Part shown: piece after piece, positions 1 through 13,900 of the stretch
Position numbering within the stretch: the stretch's first letter is position 1
How the letters are laid out: each line of letters opens with the position of its first letter
NCBI RefSeq assembly: GCF_016432865.1
Contig: NC_067398.1
Span: forward strand, 649,574,001 to 649,638,000
Length of the DNA stretch: 64,000 nt
Direction of reading: 5' to 3'
DNA from: Antechinus flavipes
Lineage: Eukaryota
Translations under genes and position numbers: made by a program
The notes under the pieces: model-generated
What the model saw: only the letters and a program-made list of their open reading frames with translations
Told to the model about the DNA's origin: nothing
The model's database searches: none

Positions 1-624
1 CTTCAAGCCTCAGCCCAGATGCCACAAGAGGCCTTTCCTGGTTTTACTAGTAGCTCCCCTCTGAAATCACTCCCAACTTGCCCCAAATATGTAATTTTTA
101 TACACTTGTTTGCATGTTGTCTTCCCCACCCATTACTCCTTGCCCTCCTCAAGGGTAAGGGCTTTTTTTTTTTTGTATCCCCAGCACTTAGCAGTGTCTG
201 GCTCAGAGTAAATAACCTATGCTGACCTCTTAAGGCTAACAATCCCCCCTACTTCCTCTGCTCCTTGAACAGCACGGTGGGGGTAAAATGGCCATTCTGA
301 TCTTATACAAGACTGTATACAGGACTCCAGCAGCTGAGGCAGCTGGTGGTGCAGTACAAGAGCTGCTCTGGCAGACAGCTCAGACACAGACCCTGGGCAA
401 GTCAATCTTTTTGCCTCTGTTTCCCAAGTCTAAAGTGAGATAATAGTATCTACTTCCTAGGGTTGTGCACAATCCCTCTTACAGAGTAGTTGCTGTGTAA
501 ATGCTTATTCCCTTGGCCACAACATCCTTTTGATACCCACTGGGAAAAGGACTGACTCCCTTTAGGCAGAAACTGAACCACAGAACCTAGGAGTTAGGAG
601 GGATCTCAAAGGTGACCTGAGACA

Positions 625-830
625 ATTAGGAGTGCTGGTCTTAAGAGTCAGGAAGACTTGAAATCAATCCTGCCTCATTAGCTGTATGATCATGGGCAAG
701 TCAATCTATCTCAGCCTCAGTTTCCTCCTCTGCAAAAGCAGGATAACAGCACCTACAACGATAGGATTGTTGTGAGGATCAAGAGATTACATATAAGGCC
801 TTATGAACTTAAGTGTTCTATATACATCAC
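625..830 (+). mobile_element. MIR-family SINE (one of many dispersed CORE-SINE fragments, not all listed)
   Basis: Contains the MIR core GGGCAAGTCA...CTCAGTTTCCTC, followed by GGATTGTTGTGAGGATCAA. Confidence 0.7.
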
Positions 831-3800
831 TATTCATCTGGTTTGACTAGTACCTGAGCAGGACAGCAATCACCCCTACAATATTCTCAAATGTCATCCA
901 GCTTCCACTTGAATATCCAGTTAACAGTTCTTGGTCCCCAACCCACTTTTCCAGTTTTAAAAAGTGGGGAAATGAGGTCCTGAGTGATGGGTATGATGGG
1001 CAGAAACAAATTATTCCCTGGGGCAGGCAGGAAGATAAGATATTAAATCAGTTTAGTTCTGTGGTCCCATCCTCTGGAGGTAATTCAGTCAGAAATCCAA
1101 GTTTTGTCAAGTTCCTGAGGCTAAATTCTCTTATAAAACAGCTTTTGGGCTATGGCTTTTCTACTGCCTTCCTGTGAGTCAGTTTGCCACTGGCACTCTG
1201 CCTTGTATGTTTTACTCCTCCATGCCCCTCGATATCTCCTCTAAACCTATTACACTTTTAGGGAGCGAAGAATCTTTCAGGACTTAGCCTAATAGCTAAG
1301 GGCATCCCCAACCTCATGGAGTGCTCCCTTTCTACTGGGTATGTGTGAATTCCAATCTACTCCATAATTACCATTTTCGGTGTCTAATGTATCCCATCAT
1401 TTTGTCTGTAACTTCTTCCCTAAATAAACCTATCTTTTGCCAAAACAAAACACATTTTGGGAGAGGCCATTCAATTTTCAGTCAGCTTTAATGTTTTCCT
1501 TTCATGGCCCACAAATGTACCTTCCTCCAAATATATTCCCCACTTCTAGCTCCGTGACAAAAAGGGAATATTCTGCTTCTTCCCCCACCTCTACTTCCTA
1601 TCTCCCAGTTTCTTCACTTCTCAAATGCCCAGGTCTCTACTTGCATCACCTTCCTGGCCACCCTCTTCTGGTTGTCAGAATTCTTCCAGAAAGTTTGGAG
1701 CTCAGAACTGAACATGACGGTTCTCTCTCGCCTCCATAGCTAATAGGGAAGTTGGTGCTCAGTATTTGTGGAATGAAAGAACTGTAGCACTTTTTTCCCA
1801 GGAGATTCAGAAAACTTTCCTTCTCCCCCTCTTCCTAGATAGTCACTCTCATGGTTCCATTTGCCTTCCCAAGAGAAATTTAGGGGAAAGGGATCAACTG
1901 GCCCCAAAGGCAATAGAGCATGGGATGATTAGTAGGGATAGTACCCCTTAAAAGGGGGGAGAGGAAGATTGGGGAAGATCCTATTGGCCAAGGAAGGATG
2001 TCTCGGGATGTGTCTGAAACATATCTGAGGTGACCAGATGTGTGATCCCAGAGGATGAGAATACCCAAGCAGGCCCATCTTGGATATCGAGATCAAGTAA
2101 AAGCCCCTGTCTCCACCACCATATACGAGCTAGAGTAGGCAAGGAAGAAGGCAGCCTAGACCAAAACTCTCATGAGGGTTGGGAAGAGCATGCTGCATTT
2201 AGAAAAGCACTGGGTAGATTCAAATCCCAGTTCTCCCACTTTAAACCCGAGGCCTTGGGCTAGTCACTTAAAATCTGAGCCTGAGTTTCTTTAAAACGAG
2301 TTCAGCTAATTATCTCTTCCAGCTCTCAACTCTCAAATTTTTGAGTCTGGCTGGACTTTGTTGTAATGGAAACCATATTCTGTAGATGGGGAAGTCAGAA
2401 AACCTAAGCTTAAATACAACAAACATCCCAGTTCTACAAATTTTCTCCGCCCCAGACTTAAACATCCTCCATAGAATGAGTAGGTTGTCCAGCTGATTGG
2501 ACATGATTTTATTAAAATGAAAAGTAGTTGGACTAAATCCAACTGATCCTATTTCCCAAGCCCTAAAAGTTTTCTTTGCTCCCACTTATGTGTTGAGGGA
2601 GAAGCAAAGAGCAAGCCTGAATCCCTTTAGGTAAGACATGTTCTCCCACCGCCATCTTCTCCCAAGTCTCTTCAGAGAGCGCATTCCCAGCTCCTTCTCT
2701 GTCACTAGGACCCCCTTTCTTCCTAGGTCCAATATGCTGGGGTGGCAGTCCCTCCCCAATGCAGCAAAACCCTCTATCATTTGGCTTGAGAGTTTGCTCT
2801 TGACTTCAGCCAACAGTAGGCCTCCTGGCACTTGGGTCAGTCTGTGACCCAGTTTGTCCTAGAACTTCTGCCCAAACCCAGAGTTACTTCTAACTAGAGT
2901 GAGACATAGTGGACTTTGGTGGTCAGCTCCTCAAGGTGGGGCCCAGGTTTCCTGACCGAGCCATATCCAGGGACCCCCAGCTGCATTAGGAGCTTCTGGG
3001 CAGTACGGCCCTCTCCCCCCCCAGGATAGCCCTGCACAGAGTCGCTGCTACCCAGTATGTGCTGAATGCATACATGACACCCAATTTTCTTTGTGTCCTA
3101 CAAAATATAGTAGCTGGTGAATGGCAACCTGTCCCTTTGTAATCCGAGAGACTTTCCTACAGACAGGAGAGCTCACGGATTGGAGCTTGGCTTCCCAAGA
3201 GGGACGTTGGACAAACTAGTCAGGGGACACTCCAGAAGACTAAGCATTAGGGGAATGACAAAGGTCCAAAGGGATTGGAGGGGGGCAGAAACAGGCATTT
3301 TTGATTCCCTAGAACCTGGGAAATACATTCTAGCCAGGCTGACTTGGCCCTGTGAACTTTTAGGGCCAAGATAGACCAAGGATGCCTGCTCTCCCTTTGC
3401 CCTCATCCCAGACGCCCTGAGCATCCCAGGCTCCAAAGACCCAGGTGTGTAATTGTGGGCATTTACCCTAATGTGGCAAGTGAAGTTAGGTTGGCTGGCA
3501 CAGAGGCCGGGTCTCGGAGATTGGTCCCTAAGGGTCCCACCTCTCCTGAGCCTGCCAAGTCATTCCGGGGCTCGTGGCCCTCTTGGGTTCATCTTGGTTT
3601 TTCAAGACTTTCTAACTGCTTAAAATTAACAAGTTATTTCCAGAGCCCAGTGTCCTCATCCTAAGAGGGCTGAGAGCCCGCCCACAGAGGCTTGGCCCCC
3701 ACAGAACCCAGCCTGGTTCTGACACCAGGTACAAAGGGGGAGACCTAGCAATCATCCAGATAACCACGTGAGGGGCTACTAACTCCATGACTACAAGCAT

Positions 3801-5569
3801 GGATCCTTCATCCTGGCTTCCTCTAGCCCCCTCCTAGACAACATCTCACAGCCCTCATGTCTTAAAGCTTCCATGTAATCTCTCTAACCTGGGACGCCAT
3901 GGGTATCTCAGGTATCAATTTCCCAAAAAAACTCACCCAGGGCCATGAGGGCAGAATAAGGACTTTCCCATTCAGCCCTCCTTAGGGGACACAAAAACCC
4001 CTACAAAGGAATGGCCCCTAAACAGTGGGTATTGAGACAATGCCCCTACCCTCACCAGAATGCAGCCAAGGTGGGTCACCATTTAATGGCTGTTGGGTTT
4101 GGACCATGGGACTGCTAATTCCTACCTGATCCTCTGTGTTCAGTCAAGTGTCTCTAGCCTTCTAAACATAAGACACACTTTCAGCATCTTGCAATTCAAA
4201 CTCAAGCACTGATTGCCCAGTCTGACAGACTAATAACCACATAAAGGGGAAACTCTTTCAAGCAGTCCAAAGGAGCCCCCAAACTTAAGTCTGAGTCTGC
4301 AGGGGTGGCTGACTTGATAGAAGTTTAAATAATTAGGGATCCCAGAAGACTCCATAGAGAGAAGCTGGACCTTGCGTGGAAATGTGGAGAGGGGAAGCGA
4401 GCTATTCTGAGGCTCCTGGACAAGGCAGGGCAAGGACTGACCATTCTTTAAAGGTGGTTTGATGGGACTGTTCTGGATTACTGATCCAGAGAGATTAAGA
4501 CCAGAAACCACCTTCCCAGACAAAAGCTGGGGAGGGCAGTGTTTGCTAAATTAGGGAAAGAACAGATGGGGCCTGTAGAGAATCATAAATTGTCAGAATG
4601 AAGGACCAGAAAGTTCATTTAGTCTGACCCATACCTGAACAGGAATCTAATCTCCTCCCTCAATACACCTGTACAAGTCTAGGGTTTTCCCCTTTTACTC
4701 CTAGTTCAGACAAGTCTTCAAATACTCGAAGACTGCCATCTTGTACCCTCATAATGCCATCTTTTCAGATGAAATACCCCCAGTTCCTTTAGCTGAGCCT
4801 TCACAAGTCACCAGTTCCTCATCCTAGTTGACCCATCCTAGTAGTCAATAAACAATTTGTGATCTGACAAGAGTGCAGTGTAGAGAACTCCCAGGAAGCT
4901 AGAGACTTTGATAACTGGGATATTCCCCTCCTCCTAAGATAAATCAAGGGTGCATTTAAGCTTGAAATCATGAGAAAACATAAGGTCCTGGCACCTTTAC
5001 TGGGGCACTATGAACTTTACACAAGATTGAGTCTCCAGAAAATCACAATGTTTCAGGAACTAACACCTGAGAAAAACAGGGACCAGGATTGGTCACAGAA
5101 CAATGCTTCAAATAATAACCTATGGTTTTAAGGTATAAAAGCATGAATTCTCTCAATAAATGGCCCATTTGTGTTGTGCCGGTCACAACAGTGCAGCAAG
5201 ACTAGCTCCCTAGTTCTGGACACCACACTGCTCTTAAGGCAGCTTAAGTTTACCCCTGCCATCTACAGACCCCTAAAACTATGAACTAGACATCCTTCCA
5301 TCCCCTTAGATCCAGTTATCGCTCTTTATTTTTATCCCTATCTTTTTAGCTTCAGGTCATCCTGTAAAACTGACATCTCTGAATTCTGGCCTATCCGACC
5401 AGTTAACCATCCTTAGACTGTGTCATCTGTAAAACGGACATCCAAGGCACCGACAACAAATATCCAACAAAGCCAGACAGGTCACTGTTTCACCGACCTC
5501 CAGAGATGACATAATTCCATTTATATGTCCAAGGATGCTGAGTTTACATTATCCTCAAACCCATCCTAT

Positions 5570-5572
5570 ACA

Positions 5573-5619
<47 letters not shown>
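5570..5619. repeat. (CA)n microsatellite
   Basis: Directly visible. Confidence 0.97.
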
Positions 5620-5623
<4 letters not shown>

Positions 5624-8600
5624 CTCCATTTGCCGAATGCCTTGATGAAATCTACATTTACTATTTCTACGTTCTCCTCCAGATCTAGGACCTGTTTCCA
5701 ATAAAGTAATGCTTTTAGCTATTATTTCCTTTTCTGAAAATTCATAAATCATCCCTATTTATACAGTGCCCTTCCCTTTCACACTGCCCCCTTTAATTTC
5801 TCCTGATGTAGAATGGTCGGGTCAAGACTGGGAGGGCAAGAAAATTGTAGGAAATGGCCCAAGGAAGCCACAGGCTGAGGCTCAGGAACCCCATAGTTGA
5901 GTGGACTAGACAGATCAATGGTGCTCCTGGGCTGCTGCGAGGGGTTACCTGTAGACCAGAATCGGCTATCACTGCCAAGGATGGTCAGTAACTGAGACCA
6001 AGGAAAATCTACATCCTAGATCAAACTGCCTTAAAATTCCGCCTTCAGACTTCTTTGGATCTTTTGGGAAGTAACTCAAGCATCAAATGGACCCCCCTTT
6101 CCCTGCTAGCAGTACAGGCAAGTTGGCTTTGAGTGCCCCGGGTCCCAGGCTGTTTTGCATCTGGGGACTTCAGATGCAGCCCAGGCATGCAGCCATTGGA
6201 TAGCTTTTTCTCTTCGCTAATATTTTCGACAGTATTTGCTTTTGTTATTCCTATGCCAAGAGCAAACACTGCACACAATATCCAACTGTCTTTTTGTCCA
6301 GATCCAATGCCATTCTTCCAGCAGCATCTTAGCAATCACTGAAATCTAGTTGAAGGCGGTAAGGTTTGGCCGGGTCCAGGGCAAGGAAACAAGAATCGAG
6401 TGCCCTGTAATTAGAGTTCCACTCGGCAGGGCGGGAGCACCCGTCCCAGGGATGGGCATGGGATTTCTGTGAGCATTGTGGCAATCTGTGATGTCGCCCA
6501 GTGGGGAAGTTTGCTTCACTTTCTAAGGAATGCCGAGACTCCACCCTCGTCTCTTAGGAAATTGGGACGCATTTCTCCAATCTTGCATCTTTTCCGCCCT
6601 CTGCAATCTTTACAATTTCAGGATCAGTGACTAATAGTCACCCTGGTCCATTTTTTCAGATCCCTTGAGATGAGCAATTAAGGACGAATAGGTTCTATCA
6701 CCAATTTATCCTGGGTTTTGTTTTAGCCTTCCTCAGTTTAAAGAAAGAAAAAGATAAAAGTCAAATAACTACCTCTCCGTTTCTAATTTTCCTTCATATT
6801 GAGCACTTTCTATGTACCAGGCACTGTACTAAACCATTGGACAGAGGCCAGTGGCTTTTCGCCCAAGACCTTGCCCCTCGGGCCAGCCTCAGATGGCTGT
6901 AGCTTTCTTCTACTTTGTACTTTTGTGCATTGGCATCTGGGGCCATGTGTTTCCTTGCCGAGTCTTCTATAAATTATGGGTCCTCGATACTGCTCTTCTT
7001 CCTAATTGTGCTTGCTTTCTTTTGTGGAGCTCACCGTGGCAAATTGATATGAGGGCAGTTTTCTCCTTCCTGCTCCAGTTTCAAGTTAAAATCACCTTGA
7101 TGGGATTCATAAGGCTCAAGGTCATTACACTCTTACCAGTCCTTGGTGTCCTCAGGACAAGAATTTATATCATGCTTATTTTCCAAGGCATAGTCCAGAA
7201 ATCCAAAACCCCCATCTTCCTAATTAGCATATTCACTCCACAAATTTGCCTTTTTCAGTCCATACATTTACCTGGCAGCAGTAAACAAAACACCACCTTG
7301 CTAAGACTTTTAAATCATTTTCTAGCTTCTTTCTGGCAGTTACCATTTGTCCTCAGGTATATCATTAAGACTGGAGTGATGGCTGTCAAATTTGGGGAGG
7401 TTACCCGAAGTATCCTGGGTACAACCCAAAAGTCATCATTCCCTTGGCCAGTCGACATTTTGTGGCAGGCTCTTATGGGTCCATGTCATTCCTTGATGAA
7501 CAAGAGATTGCTTCCTCCTCAAAGGGTACAGTTTCAAGCTTTATAATATGGATTTTTAATTTAGGGGACTGTGAATTTTTCCCAAAATGTTTTAAACTAT
7601 TTTCAATATCACTGGTTTCCTTTTGTAATCTTTATGTATTTCATGTTATGAACTTACAAATGACATTCCATAGAAGGGGCTTCTAAGCTTTGCCAGACTG
7701 GCAAGGAGTCCAGATCATAAAATAAATAAAAATGGTCATAAACTGATCTAAATAGCTTCAAATGTTCAGTAGTTCTCTTCTGGGTCAGATTCTTCCAATA
7801 TACCTCTCCCTACCTCTTAAGCTCATGACAAGTTGATTCCCTGTTGTCTCTCCAGATTGCTTTTCTCTTCAAAGCACTTTTCCCCATTCTTTCAAAGAAT
7901 GAAGAGGTAAGCCAGGAAGCAGAAAAACATCCAAGGAGATCACTTTGCAGAAATAAATGGTGCCTTTTGGACATTGGTCATGGAAAATTCCTTTCACCTT
8001 CTCAGTATATGGGAAGCAAGACCCTCAATCTTTCCTAATTCCTAATTAGCTCCATGGACTAATTCTCATGGAGAGTCAGTTCACCATGCCAACTTTTTTC
8101 ATTTATAAATGGTAATTAGCAATGTCTTGAGTTCTAATGAAAATATCCTCCAGCTACCACTTGGAAGAAGGGTTCAAATTGAAACCCATTTACCAGCTTA
8201 CCTCTTTGGCTCCCACTTTCCATCTTATTGCTTCTGGACAGAAGTTATCTTGTGGTCCCTTCTGGTCTCTGAGAGGGAGGACAATCATTTATAGCTGGCC
8301 TGCTGCTGTTTCTCACAATAGAAACTCTCCTCTGTGTTTTACCTAAAACACAGTCTCCAAAACTGCTCCAGCAGAACGACCATCAATCCCCTACCCCCTC
8401 TCATCGGAGCAGTAGATCACCTACTCTCATTCATAGCATGCTCTCATAGAATGTCCGCTCGCTGAGCTTGTGATCTACCAAAATCTCACGACTTTTGTTT
8501 TTTAAATAAACTTGTCTAACCACATCTCTTGCACTCTTTACTGGAAGAGACATCCAGAGCAGGGCAGAGGGTGATCCTGAGGAGAATAGAAAATGGAGTC

Positions 8601-10933
8601 TGCGAAGAGTTCTCAGCAGCGAAGCTAGGGAGCATCAGTGTATCAGATCCAAGGGCTCATCTCACAAACAGAACCTGGACCCCCAGGTTGGCCTTTTGAC
8701 TTAGGTCAATTCCATACCAAAAAAACCTTTCCCTGTTGGGCCCCAAACATTCTCTACCTTTCAGCCTGTCCTCACCTTGCTTTCCCCTTCCCAGAGCCCC
8801 TAGAGCATATCACAGAATCTTCAAGGGCAGCTAATCCAGTCAGTACCAAAACAAAACAAAACAAAAAACATTAAACAAAAACCCCTCTACAATCTTTCCT
8901 ACAAGTGTTCCTTTCTGTATTCTCAAATGTCCTTAGTGACAGAGAACTCACTGCCCTAAGAAGTCCATTTCTTTGGAAGCTGTAATTAGGAAGTTTTTCC
9001 GTGCTTTGAGCTGAAATCTGCCTCTGTGCCATATTCCACTGCTCCTCATAAGGTCAAGCAAAATAATCATTTTTTTTTGATTATCATCAAAGCCCATCAA
9101 AGACTGCTCGCCATCATATCCTTCTTTAAAAGTTTTCTTTTTTTCTGGCTATTTTTGGTTCCTTTGGCAGAGTTCTAGAGTATGCTCCACCAGACACTCT
9201 GCAATCAATCCACATACTCCTAAAAAGATGATGCCCCCAACTAAGCACACTATTCCTGGTAGTCTGCCTGGGGCAGAATACAAGAAACATTAGTCCTTCC
9301 TCCTCCAAGACAAATGCCTCCTAATACAGTTAAAGCCTACAAGAGTTTTAGCCTTTCTTTGGCTGCCATGTTGACTTGGACTGAATCCACCACCCTACTC
9401 TGCTTATAACTTGTCCAGGTCAGTCCCCAAAACCCATTTACCAGTTAGTGGGGTTAGGGCTGGGTTTCTCATCTAAGTGTAGCTTAAGTTTCTCCATCAA
9501 TTTCCTTAGTGGTGATTCTTTCTTGAAAATGAGGGTCATTTTTTCCTGTGGGTTCCTTCCCTCAAGGGCCAACTTCAGCCCCCCTTTTCTGTTTGCCCTT
9601 AGCCATTGGTTCCTTTATTTGGAAAATAAAGGGAATTGGGCTAAATTTCTTCTTAAGGTCCTTTACAATTCTGACATTCTATGATTCTTCCCACCCTTTC
9701 CCCATTGGTCTACCTTCTTTTCCAAGGTGGGCTCTTGCTCACAGGGCCACAGTAGACAAGATTCTCAGCCCAGGGCCGCATCGGGCCTCCTTTGGACTCT
9801 TTGTTCTGCTTTGATCTAATGATTTAACCCCAAATGCAGTGGGACTGGATGGTGTTGAGAACCTGGAATTTCTAGTAAATGACTAGCTTCAGCTCCTTGT
9901 GTGACTTTGAGCAGGTCACTTTTCCACCCAAGTTTCCTCATTTGTAAAGACAGGTGGTGACCCAGCTGATTTCAATGCTTCTTTCCAATGTATCTAAAGC
10001 AAATCTATGACCATGTGATGTCTGGCCAACCCCAGGCCCACCCAGAACACTCTAAGGAGATAACCCTTAGTGTGGACAGTAACAACAAGAGATAAATCCT
10101 GGAAAAGTCCTTCGAACTAGGACCCGAGGTTCCTCACCTAGTGAAAAGAGAAAGGGGGAGGGTTCTTACAATAGGAAGGAGCAACCAGACACCAAGGGCT
10201 ATCTGTGGGGAGAGGGAGGGGCTGGGGAAAAGCTGGGCTATTTCAGGTCTGGCGGACACTGGAGACAAGTCTCGATTACACCCTCTAAGTCACCCACCTT
10301 CTCTCCTCCCAGTGTCCCAACCCTTGATAATGTTAGCACCAAAATCTGCCTCCCAGCTGGACGAAGCCAGAAGTTGGGGGAGGGTGTGGGGGGGGGCAGT
10401 GAGTCAGCACCCATGGTGACAGAGCTCTGAGGGTCCTGGGGGACTTTTGGGATGGAAAGTCTAAGGTGGGTCTCCTAGAGAGGATCTTTGGGCCAGGATG
10501 GGGGAGGGATTCTGGGACATCTCTTGGAGGCAGTTTCTACAGAAGGAGGGGATCTCCCTGGGGGATAATTTTGGGGAAGAACCTCTCCACTTTTCCTGGC
10601 CTGGTAGCTCTAGGGTTGACTGATTCTACACAGGACAAGTACAAAGGGGTGTCTCTGTAGGGTCGTAAGACTTTAGGGTACTTCTGGTTTCTTTTGCAGA
10701 AGTCACAGGAAGGAAGCCATCCTGAAGGGACACTTTTGGGGGGCGAGGGGTGATATCTAAGGGAAATCATATCTTCAAACTTGTTCTTCGGGGGAAGAAG
10801 GGCTCCTTCACCTGTTTTTCATATGATAGTTAGGTTGGGAAGAGTGCTGGGGGATAATTTCTAGATTTATTGTGTGTTTCTGTATCTCTGGATCCCAAGT
10901 CTCTGCCCACCTCCATAGGGATTCACTCCTCAC

Positions 10934-13900
10934 CTTGGTTATGGTGGAAGGGAGTACAGGCAGAGTTCTGGAGGAGGGGAAGAAGCCACTGACATCTGTA
11001 CAGGACTGCAGAGTCCTTTGGCTCAATGGGATCTAGAGGAGGCAGGCACTGAAAGCTTATGGACAGTCCTTAGGCAAGACAACCGCCCCACAGCCCTCTC
11101 CCACCAGGACTTCAGATCCTCATCCCAAACCCCTGACCCTTTATGACCCTCACTTGAGCTATCTTCCGGATCTTCTCCACTCTGGAACTCTTCGTAGAGG
11201 TGGCTCCTTGCATAAACATGACGTCTAAGCTCATCCCCCAATTCTGACATATGGAGCTCTGGGACACCATCTGAGGAAGAGACCCAAAGGGATAGTGGGA
11301 AAGGATTCCTGGGAGGTGCTGGCGAAGGGTACCCTGGGAAGATGTTGGCAGAAAGTCCCCCCCCCCCCGGGGGATGCTGAGGAAGGGTCCTGCAATATAC
11401 TGTTGAAGGGACCATGGAGGAGATTAGAAAAGGTCCCCAAAAAGGAATATAGGGACTGTTACAGGAAAGTCACACAAAGATATTAGGAGACATTAGGAAA
11501 GGGTGCTCTAGAATATTGGAGAAGTCTAATAATGGGAAGAAGTACTGGAGGAAGAACCTAGGGAAGAACTGGGAAGAGAGTCACAGGTGCTAGCGGACAT
11601 TGGTTTAAAGTGCAAAGGAGGAATATTGGAGAAGAGTACAGGAGAGATATTAAAAGAGAATCCCAGGAAAATTTTACATAACCATCTTGCAAAAATATTG
11701 AGGGCACATCCTAGGGAGAGGAAGAAGGTCCCAGAAAAGTGCTGGGTATATATATCCTGCACTATATTGGGAAAGGGCTATCCAAAAATATTAGGAGAGG
11801 ATGCTAGGGATATATGGTAGCTGGGAGTAAGGGCAGAGAAGAAATGGGAAAAGATATCTGGGGAAAGACCTATCTTTTCCCAAGAATATGAAGAGAGGGT
11901 CCCAAGATGTAGTGGTAGAAGGTCCCAGAAGATAATGAGGGAGGATCCCAGAAAGGGTTTCAGGTAAGGTGGGTCACATAAGAATACTGGAAAAGGGTTT
12001 GAGGAAAGAGTGGTCCCAATAGGCCTATTAGTAGAGGGTCCTTAAGGGATATTGATGAGTGAATACAAAGAAAAAGATTTTTGCTAAGGGCACTTTTCCC
12101 CAAAGGAACAGGAGAATGTTGGGGGAAGGATTCAGGGTCCACAGGGATAGGGTTAAGGTTAGGGATACTGAGAAAGAGATTTGAGGAATAATCTTGAAGG
12201 GATAGTGGAGAAAGCCCCAAGAGAAAAATTGGGAGGAAAGGTCCTTAGGAAAGATGTTAAGAGAAAGATCCAGAATGTTGAGTAAATATTTTCTTGTTAT
12301 GTTAGGGACCGGTCACAGAAGGATGTTAGAGAAGATCTCGGGGGGATATTAGGGAAAGGTGCTGAGTGTGGCAGAGACTGTGGGAAGAAACATTAAGAGA
12401 GAGCTCCAATAGATGCTGGGAGAAAGTTCTAAGACCTTTGGGTAGAGTCCCAAAATGATAAAGGGTCAGTCTTGCATAGGTAACTGGTTAGAAGGTTTTT
12501 GGGTATACTGAGTAGATATAAAGAAAAATATTTGGGGGTAGGGTCCCCAAGGAGAAGTGGCAAATGATTTTCTGCAGGGCACATTGGAGAACTAATATTG
12601 TGAAAAGATTCTTAGGATTATTAGAGAGCAGTAAGATCCCAGTTGTGTTCTACAGATATATAGCAGGAGAAAGCCCCAGGTATATTGGAAGAGCCTCTCA
12701 AGGAAAGATGGAGGTTAGGTCCAAGGAAAAATGGAGGTTAGGTCCCAGGAAAATGTTGGGAGTATAATGGAACTAGTCACAGGGGGATATAGGGAAAGGG
12801 TTCTCTGGATATTGTTAAGAGTGAGTAGAAACTGGGAGACACAGATACAGATACACCCACACACATACACATACAAAAGGAGGTACCTAAAGGGATATTT
12901 GAGAAGAGTTCTGGAGAAATATCAAGGGGAAACTCTCCAAGATGAGTAATAGGGAGAAAAGCTTTCAGGAGGCTGTTAAGTATGTCCTCCTCTCCTTCAC
13001 CCAAGAAAATTAAGATTGGGTTCCCAGAGCTTATTAAGAGATGATTCTACAAGATCTTGGGGAATGAGAAGCAGGAGGAAAATACTGGGAGAAGGTAGAT
13101 ATTGAAGGAAGGTCCCAGGACATACTGCAGAAAGAGACCTAGAGATGTTGGACAAAGATGCCAGGTATGTATTCTGCAGTTAATAGTGGGGAGCTGGGCT
13201 AACAAGAGTATTAGGGAAGGGTCCCTAGTGATATTAGGAGAGGATGCTGAAAATAGGAGATGAGATATGGGGAAGAGACCCAGTCAGATATTGGGTAGGG
13301 TTCTCCCAGGGGGAACAATAGGGAAAGGTCCTTTTGCAGAAGTGGGAGAGGAAGACATACTGGGGAAAAGTCCTATTCAGACTTTCTGGGGAAGGAATCT
13401 GGAAAGATTAAGTCTTGGAGGAAATTGAGGTGGGGAGGGGATCCAGAAGGGATATTGATTAGTGTCTTTCATGTATAATGAGAGAATCTCCTCTAGATAT
13501 ACTAGGTGGGGGGAGGGGCGGTATTTCAGAATAGCAAAAGAGTCTTCAAAGTATATTAGTACAGAGTCATACAAGGTTATTTAGTAGGATCCCCACACGG
13601 ATAGTAGGGGGAGGGTTAAATGCAAAAAGCAATGGGAGGGAAGGCTTAGGAAAATATTGGGTAAAGGCTCAAGGGGATGATGGGACAAAGTCCAAGATCA
13701 TAGTGAAGGTCACAGAGGGATAGTACAGTCTTAGGGAAAGACAGGGGGAGGGTTGTCCCAGGACAGTCTAGGGCTTTCTTACCGAGGTCAAAGGCCGTCT
13801 TTCCATGGCGCCTGAAGCACCTTCTTGTAGAGCCTCATCTTCCTCTTTGCTCTGTGCCATTGGGTAAGAAAAAGATAAAAGGAAGTCAAGAAGCTGAAAG

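Noticed and set aside
1030-8640. Three LTR-looking patches with TATA/AATAAA (~1030-1450, ~4930-5510, ~8300-8640)
   Set aside because: I could not establish TG...CA termini, TSDs or a second copy. A RepeatMasker run would be needed.
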